Source: an uncultured virus (IMG/VR IMGVR_UViG_3300000553_000007) (taxonomy: Duplodnaviria > Heunggongvirae > Uroviricota > Caudoviricetes). From it: DNA of 20,000 nucleotides. The notes under the pieces were generated by a model. The model ran no database searches. It was not told where the DNA came from and worked only from the letters and a program-made list of their open reading frames with translations. The stretch lies in the IMG/VR virus record IMGVR_UViG_3300000553_000007. The stretch is one strand, 5' to 3'. The first letter of the stretch is position 1. Each line of letters begins with the position of its first letter. This document shows positions 15,201-20,000 of the stretch, in pieces. Both the position numbers and the translations under genes were made by a program.

Positions 15201-15641
15201 TTAATAACCAATTACATATAGACTTCCTGTAATATTTCCAGAACAAGAATGTGCGGATGTAAGATACCATTTTCTATTTCCTGCTAGAAGAAATACGCTA
15301 GATGTATTTGGTGTTAAGTTAAAAGAAAATTCATTTTTAAAAGTCATTCCATTTATGGAAGAACTGACTGATATAGATGATGTAGCATTTCCTGAACCGG
15401 TAGTTGCGGCTTGAAATGAAAATGTAGTATAATCTGACACATCTACGGACGACGATTCTGTTATACTGCTACCATAAACTAAAAAGCTACCAAGTGAGTT
15501 CGTTATTGGCCAGTTAGATGATGTAAAAAATACATTTATTAACGTTGATATCTGTCCAACTACATTTTGAGATGTTGTGTTTAATAACCCAAGTTGAATT
15601 GGCGGACTTCCTATTTTTGTAGTCGGTATATTATTAGGCAT
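15201..15641 (-). CDS. Ser/Thr-rich beta-rich protein, possibly structural
   Basis: 146-aa ORF; ends in VIGY like 239..1318. Confidence 0.65.
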   Translation of the reverse strand: MPNNIPTTKIGSPPIQLGLLNTTSQNVVGQISTLINVFFTSSNWPITNSLGSFLVYGSSITESSSVDVSDYTTFSFQAATTGSGNATSSISVSSSINGMTFKNEFSFNLTPNTSSVFLLAGNRKWYLTSAHSCSGNITGSLYVIGY

Positions 15642-15690
15642 AATTCTCTATAACTATAAAAAACATAAACATAAATCATTTATATTAAAT

Positions 15691-15764
15691 TGGTTCCCTC
15701 TGATAGAATCGAACTATCACTCACAGATTCAAAGTCTGCTTTGCTACCACTACAACAAGAGGGA
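15691..15764 (-). tRNA. tRNA-Gln(TTG)
   Basis: GCAGA-CTTTGAA-TCTGT; U1-A72; ACCA end. Confidence 0.9.
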
Positions 15765-15862
15765 ATAAAATTGGCCCGGTCTTTCCTAGAGTCAATCATC
15801 ATAAGTATACGGGTGGAACCGGTTAACTCATTACGGAGCGATTTGCCGTTTGTTTAACAAAT

Positions 15863-15936
15863 TGGTGGGGCGTATAGGAATCGAACCTATGTCAAAAGAG
15901 TGTCATTCTTCCGTTCTACCACTAAACTAACTCCCC
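15863..15936 (-). tRNA. tRNA-Val(GAC)
   Basis: GAAGA-ATGACAC-TCTTT; ACCA end. Confidence 0.88.
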
Positions 15937-15942
15937 AAACTA

Positions 15943-16019
15943 TGGCGGGAATAGCCGGATTCGAACCGAGCGTCATTACCGTGACAGGGTAATTGATGAA
16001 ACCACTCTCTTATATTCCC
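15943..16019 (-). tRNA. tRNA-Asp(GTC), weak D-stem
   Basis: TTACC-CTGTCAC-GGTAA; GCCA end. Confidence 0.82.
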
Positions 16020-16570
16020 AAATTTTTATTAATGTATATTTTTTTAACTAATTCTAAAAATCTATTAACTGGCAAATCCCATTTCATAATATTCACGTTT
16101 TTATGAACCCAATGAACGTTATCTTCCGTATATCCTTTTGAACTATCAATTCTGTCCAATGACGCGGTTCCATCGGAAGTTTTTACTTTACTTCTAAAAC
16201 ATATTTCTTCTCCAGATAAAGAACATTTCTTATTTTGTTTTAAAAACATCTCCCATAAAAAATCTATAGTCACATTAAATTCTAAATTTCTTGATTCGGC
16301 TTCTCTTTTTGTTTTTGAAAAATATGACCGACTTAAATCTCCACTACCTTTCCAAGTTAAAGATTCTTTTCCGGTTTTATTAAGAATACAACCACAACTT
16401 TTTTTAGTTCCATTAATCAACAATCGTGATTGGGCAATCGTCTCATTTCCACAATCACATTTACATTTCCACATTGCATGTCTTGTTTTATTTAAATGAC
16501 TAAATTCAACAACTGTTAATTTATTGAATTTTTTACCTTTAATATCTTTTTTGTATGTCAGTATCTTCAT
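16010..16570 (-). CDS. HNH-type homing endonuclease with N-terminal Cys-rich domain
   Basis: WKCKCDCG..SCGC; QNKKCSLSG; ASLDRIDSSKGYTEDNVHWVHKNVNIMK. Confidence 0.88.
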   Translation of the reverse strand: MKILTYKKDIKGKKFNKLTVVEFSHLNKTRHAMWKCKCDCGNETIAQSRLLINGTKKSCGCILNKTGKESLTWKGSGDLSRSYFSKTKREAESRNLEFNVTIDFLWEMFLKQNKKCSLSGEEICFRSKVKTSDGTASLDRIDSSKGYTEDNVHWVHKNVNIMKWDLPVNRFLELVKKIYINKNLGI

Positions 16571-16662
16571 ATTTAATATATATAAGACTATGACACGAAA
16601 GATTAAATATAAAACTTATACTGTTAGACGTCATTGGCCGCTTCCTCACTAACGTAAAAAAC

Positions 16663-16719
16663 TAGATACATTTTTTTTCATTAATAATATGAATTTTTTT
16701 TGATTGCTGGATGTATCTA
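16663..16719 (-). ncRNA. stem-closed small RNA (AGATAC..CAGCAATC family)
   Basis: TAGATACAT/ATGTATCTA stem followed by CCAGCAATCAAAA. Confidence 0.55.
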
Positions 16720-16990
16720 AATCACTTCACCACCCTCTAACACTAGAGGCATTATGTTTTCTAAGACTGTGCGATAACTGTCGTGGTTACTAAATCGGGC
16801 GGTAGCGACCCTGATTAATTCGAACGTCTGGCGACTCTTAATTAACCCACGCTATTTCCGCTAAATTATAAATTTAATTGATAAATTATAGGATTTCAAT
16901 CTATTCGCGTATCCACTCATGGGATAAACTTTCTCGTTTGTTCTAAATAAACCCTTGTTTATTCGGTGTATCTTGAACATTTATCAAAAT

Positions 16991-17065
16991 TGGAGCGTAT
17001 AGAGAATTTTGAAATCTCGACGTTCACGTTGGAAGCGTGACATTCTGCCTCTGAATTATATACGC
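16991..17065 (-). tRNA. tRNA-Gly(TCC)
   Basis: TCACG-CTTCCAA-CGTGA; TCCA end; T-stem lacks the usual G53-C61 pair. Confidence 0.87.
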
Positions 17066-17149
17066 GTAAATTGAATATCGTTGATTCGCCAGGCCGGTTC
17101 AACGAGAAAAACCTTGATAGCTTACTTACCACTGGTAAGGAAGTCAAAT

Positions 17150-17233
17150 TGGTCGTCGTGGAAAGAATCGAACTTTCTACCTATGTGGTTAAGAGTTTTA
17201 CAGACTCTCGCTCACCATTGAGACATCACGACG
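17150..17233 (-). tRNA. tRNA-Tyr(GTA)
   Basis: AGAGT-CTGTAAA-ACTCT; variable arm; C1-G72; ACCA end. Confidence 0.85.
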
Positions 17234-17237
17234 AAAT

Positions 17238-17323
17238 TGGCTCCGGTCGTAGGACTTGAACCTACATTGGGATTTCTCCCACTGATTAACAATCAGTTGC
17301 ATTACCAATTATGCTAAACCGGA
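17238..17323 (-). tRNA. tRNA with Asn(GTT) anticodon and long variable arm
   Basis: ACTGA-TTGTTAA-TCAGT; variable arm GGGA-GAAA-TCCC; GCCA end. Confidence 0.88.
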
Positions 17324-17334
17324 ATTAAATTATT

Positions 17335-17450
17335 TTTCATCAATTTCATGTCTGGCTTACACAAAAGTTTTACAACCTCTGGTTAGGATTCGAACCTATT
17401 ACATTCATACCGATGCCGTTTTTTAGTTATCGGTTTACGAATTGACGAAA
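17335..17450 (-). ncRNA. circularly permuted tRNA-like RNA (YrlA-like architecture)
   Basis: Terminal stem TTTCGTCAATT/AATTGATGAAA; internal T-arm TAGG-TTCGAAT-CCTA followed by hairpin CAGAGGTT-GTAA-AACTTTTG. Confidence 0.55.
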
Positions 17451-17451
17451 T

Positions 17452-17542
17452 TGGCTGGTGGCAGAGGACTTGAACCTCCATAATGATTTCTCATATACAT
17501 CTGGGTAACAACCAGGTCTCTTACCAATTAGAGTAACCACCA
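17452..17542 (-). tRNA. tRNA with Asn(GTT) anticodon and long variable arm
   Basis: CCTGG-TTGTTAC-CCAGA; variable arm ATGA-GAAA-TCAT; GCCA end. Confidence 0.85.
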
Positions 17543-17544
17543 AT

Positions 17545-18099
17545 TTAAAGTAATTTTAATTTTTTCAAACGTTTTCTTACCGCTGCTCCTGATATTCCTA
17601 ATGAGGATGCTATATGCGTTTGAGGGATTTTTTTAACAACCCATAAATCGTGTAAATCTATATTATCCCAATCTACCGTTCTTGCCTTTTTCCCGGCACA
17701 TTCTAATGAACAAGTAATTTTTTGTATAGACATTTTTTTATTACAAATTGGACAGTTTGTAAATCGTTCTTCATCTTTTTTATTCTGTTCAATCATAACA
17801 GAGTCATCACATAATCTAATGTTATCTGGAATTTTAGTCATTCCATTATGAACTTCACTATGACAGTTAGCACAAAGTAATACACATTTTTTTAATTCTG
17901 GAATTACATATGCCCATTTTTGTGGGTTGCCCATAACACTACTTAAAGAAAATTCTTTTTTAGATGGGTCTAAATGATGACAATGAAAAGCGTCATTACA
18001 TTTATCATATCCACAAATTCCACATTTGTTGCCAAACGAATTTACAATTTTTTGTTTAAATCGTCGGCGCCACTCTTTTACTTTTATACTATTACTCAT
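17545..18099 (-). CDS. HNH endonuclease with zinc finger and C-terminal HTH
   Basis: CGICGY..HHLDP..CVLLCANCHSEVH; CPIC..CSLEC; IASSLGISGAAVRKRL. Confidence 0.88.
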   Translation of the reverse strand: MSNSIKVKEWRRRFKQKIVNSFGNKCGICGYDKCNDAFHCHHLDPSKKEFSLSSVMGNPQKWAYVIPELKKCVLLCANCHSEVHNGMTKIPDNIRLCDDSVMIEQNKKDEERFTNCPICNKKMSIQKITCSLECAGKKARTVDWDNIDLHDLWVVKKIPQTHIASSLGISGAAVRKRLKKLKLL

Positions 18100-18322
18100 A
18101 CCACCATATACATAGTAACAAAGAATGTTAAAACATAAATTATGGTATTAATAATTAAAACCGTAGTAAGACCTCTGTCGGAGTTGGCTCCGATTCCTAT
18201 TAAGGTGGCAAGGTAACAAGCCCTGTGATTCCACTTTAACGTTGGTTAGGTTACTTACAAAATTGTTGATAGTGACAAGCCTCGCTCTGCAGAACTACGC
18301 ATTCTATATCATCTATCAAAAT

Positions 18323-18400
18323 TGGTGGACTACGGTGGTCATGAACCACTTCACGCGATTTAGAACTGTGACTTACTTTGAATAATCGCTCTCCTAGCCC
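18323..18400 (-). ncRNA. D-armless tRNA-like RNA with Ala-type acceptor
   Basis: GGGCTA/TAGTCC-ACCA (G3:U70, A73); T-arm GTGG-TTCATGA-CCAC; central GCGATT/AATCGC helix. Confidence 0.55.
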
Positions 18401-18404
18401 AAAA

Positions 18405-18569
18405 CTAATTCAAACACTTCTGACATAATAATTGATTTCCTATCAATGTCAAGTAATCATTACCGTCATTTCCATTTGTTATTGGAAAGTATTTTCCACA
18501 TAAATCACATACGTCTATCAAAGCATTATTACCATAATAGACTTGTTCTTCGATTGTTAATTCTTTCAT
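18405..18569 (-). CDS. 54-aa zinc-ribbon protein (absent from ORF track)
   Basis: MKELTIEEQ..CDLC..CQKCLN*. Confidence 0.6.
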   Translation of the reverse strand: MKELTIEEQVYYGNNALIDVCDLCGKYFPITNGNDGNDYLTLIGNQLLCQKCLN

Positions 18570-18573
18570 AAAT

Positions 18574-18649
18574 CGGTGTATTAGACGAGACTTTAACTCG
18601 CACTATCTGGACGTTATCTGGATGTTCTATCTTTTTAAACTACTAATAC
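18574..18649 (-). pseudogene. degenerate tRNA
   Basis: Acceptor GTATTAG/CTAATAC, D-stem and T-stem intact; anticodon stem mispaired; ends ACCG. Confidence 0.6.
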
Positions 18650-18766
18650 ATAAATTGGGATTTACACCCGACGTTTTTTAAGTTCGTCGTCTATTTCTAG
18701 TCACACTCATATCCTGGCTCTAACGCCAAGCGCCTCTTTAAAGTTGGGCTATTCTCTGATTAAAAT

Positions 18767-18856
18767 TGGTCGGAGTGGTGAGATTTGAACTCACAAGGCC
18801 ACACGTGGCGCTCGGTTCCAGGCCGAGGTGACTGCCAATTATCTTCCTACACTCCG
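18767..18856 (-). tRNA. atypical tRNA-Pro(TGG) with long variable arm
   Basis: C1-G72, A73; CTCGG-CCTGGAA-CCGAG (C33, A37); variable arm GCCACGTGTGGC. Confidence 0.75.
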
Positions 18857-18868
18857 TTAAAATTAAAT

Positions 18869-18943
18869 CATCGTTGACAGGTGTTTCGCCTGCGTCTCTG
18901 GCCTCAATGGCCAGCGTCGTTTATAAGTTGGACTACAACGATG
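18869..18943 (-). ncRNA. cloverleaf RNA with intact stems, non-canonical loops and no CCA
   Basis: CATCGTTG/CAACGATG; GTC/GAC; CTGGC-CATTGAG-GCCAG; GCAGG-CGAAACA-CCTGT. Confidence 0.6.
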
Positions 18944-19035
18944 TTAAATTGGTGTGTTTTTGTTTATAAAGAACTCACAATCTTTAGATAAATAATAGAT
19001 TTTCATCCTATACGGTTTATCATTACCCGCTTAAA

Positions 19036-19110
19036 TGGTGGGTTCGTCGAGACTCGAACTCGATTCCAATCGCTTAAGAGGCGATGCTTCACCTTCAAAG
19101 TTTCAAACCC
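19036..19110 (-). tRNA. tRNA-Lys(CTT)
   Basis: ATCGC-CTCTTAA-GCGAT; A8 instead of U8; ACCA end. Confidence 0.87.
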
Positions 19111-19130
19111 ATTGATAATTTTTATTTACT

Positions 19131-19220
19131 ACCCCCGCTGTGTTATCGCATATTCATCATAATCTACACCACAAGAATTATCGAAAACTTGGTTGGCTTC
19201 AAACCAACGACTCGGGACGT
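19131..19220 (-). ncRNA. circularly permuted tRNA-like RNA
   Basis: 5'->3' order: TCCCG, AGTC, T-arm GTTGG-TTTGAAG-CCAAC, CAAG..CTTG hairpin, TG, D-like stem GTGT/ACAC, CGGGG. Confidence 0.5.
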
Positions 19221-19231
19221 GATTTTGAAAT

Positions 19232-19305
19232 TGGTCGTCTTACGTGGAATCGAACCACGGTCGTTCGGTTATCGGCCGACAGCTCTACCATTGAGTTATA
19301 AGACG
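19232..19305 (-). tRNA. tRNA-Ile(GAT)
   Basis: TCGG-CCGATAA-CCGA (C33); ACCA end. Confidence 0.88.
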
Positions 19306-19384
19306 GTTGGAGGCAAAGTTAAAGAGGTTCTAACGCTAATATTTCTATTATGTAAAACTTTATCCCTTGTCCCAAATATTAAAT

Positions 19385-19473
19385 TGGTGCTGCCGGTGAG
19401 AGTCGAACTCACGGTGGGTGTTATCCTCCCGATTAAAAGTCGGGTGCTTTCGGCCATCTAAGCGAACGACAGC
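19385..19473 (-). tRNA. tRNA with Lys(TTT) anticodon and long variable region
   Basis: CCCGA-CTTTTAA-TCGGG; ~15-nt variable region AGGATAACACCCACC; ACCA end. Confidence 0.83.
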
Positions 19474-19886
19474 AATATTTCGTTCAAATTACTAAATTCA
19501 TCTATTGTGTGACATTCGCGAACTTGTTTGTGTTCGCCTTTTGTGACACGCAATGTAAAAGTATTCTTGTTTTGACATGCTAATTTAGCAGGTATAAAAA
19601 TAATTTTATCTAAAGCTGGCAAATATACCGAAAACAAATCTATATCGTTTTCATTATATGTATATTTGTATCCATTTGGGCCACACTTTCTTAATGGCAA
19701 TGTAACCATTCCATTTTTTTCTGTGGCATATTTTACTTGAATTTTTACAAGTTTTTGATTAATTTCTGCAATCAAATCAATTTTTGAAAAATCTCCAAGT
19801 TCGGTAAATACGTTTACTCCTAACTTGTGAAGTTCCTTGATTGTTGCCGAATATCCTAGATTTCCCTTTTGTTTACTATGTTTCAT
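19458..19886 (-). CDS. PD-(D/E)XK endonuclease (group I intron-associated PDDEXK-like family, free-standing)
   Basis: KQKGNLG..KIDLIAE..KIQVKY..YNENDIDLFSVY; ATG 19886 follows ATATTTAT. Confidence 0.85.
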   Translation of the reverse strand: MKHSKQKGNLGYSATIKELHKLGVNVFTELGDFSKIDLIAEINQKLVKIQVKYATEKNGMVTLPLRKCGPNGYKYTYNENDIDLFSVYLPALDKIIFIPAKLACQNKNTFTLRVTKGEHKQVRECHTIDEFSNLNEILLSFA

Positions 19887-19933
19887 GATAATAAATATCA
19901 ATCTACGAATCAAAAGAGTAGTAATCTGTTAAT

Positions 19934-20000
19934 TGGCAGGCGGAGTCGGAATTGAACCGACGAAGCCAAGATTTGGAGTTTCGGCACCGCCCAGCGGCCC
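19934..20000 (-). tRNA. tRNA-Trp(CCA), 5' end outside the window
   Basis: Loop CTCCAAA; T-arm GTCGG-TTCAATT-CCGAC; GCCA end. Confidence 0.8.

Noticed and set aside
15772..15822. Hammerhead ribozyme (ATGATGA..GAAA)
   Set aside because: Core is not CUGANGA and no convincing stem II or cleavage triplet geometry
16842..16861. 5' half of an intron-split tRNA-Gly (GCGGAAATAGCG..)
   Set aside because: No matching 3' half (TTTCCGC-NCCA) downstream and no group I intron core recognised
19321..19360. preQ1-I riboswitch-like AGAGGTTCTA on the plus strand
   Set aside because: Antisense to the array, poor P1 partner and no downstream queuosine gene
9445..19461. ORFs 9445, 10326, 10608, 12432, 12622, 13994, 14243, 14980, 15082, 16959, 17071 and 19084
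   Set aside because: Antisense or out-of-frame to better-supported genes, or overlapping tRNAs
1..20000. Stop-codon reassignment or suppressor tRNAs
   Set aside because: Recognisable proteins are full length in the standard code, TAG/TGA/TAA all end genes, and no intact tRNA has a CTA, TTA or TCA anticodon
1..20000. CRISPR array or rRNA
   Set aside because: No regularly spaced identical repeats (recurring GGATTCGAACC strings are tRNA T-arms); no rRNA signatures

Overview
AT-rich segment that looks like a large (jumbo-type) phage genome, transcribed almost entirely on the minus strand. Bases 1-4800 hold two Ser/Thr-rich virion-like genes, phoH, small hypothetical genes, an HD-domain hydrolase and a frameshifted prephenate-dehydrogenase-like gene. 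From ~4830 to the window end is a tRNA array with 34 recognisable tRNA genes (encoded CCA; the last is truncated by the window). The array also carries a ~400-nt bacterial-type RNase P RNA with its own sigma70-like promoter, seven free-standing HNH or PD-(D/E)XK endonucleases plus one remnant, two 2H phosphoesterases, a SLOG protein, a SpoU/TrmH methyltransferase and a mini-protein resembling the ValRS C-terminal arm. Unusual RNA content: all four Leu tRNAs have short variable loops, while two Asn, one Lys and one Pro tRNA have long variable arms. Many inter-tRNA spacers hold discrete stem-closed RNAs, including two circularly permuted tRNA mimics, two G3:U70/ACCA mini-tRNAs and a three-copy AGATAY..C(A/C)GCA..GTATCT family. 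All RNA folds were made by eye and all protein calls come from motif recognition; no database search was run.
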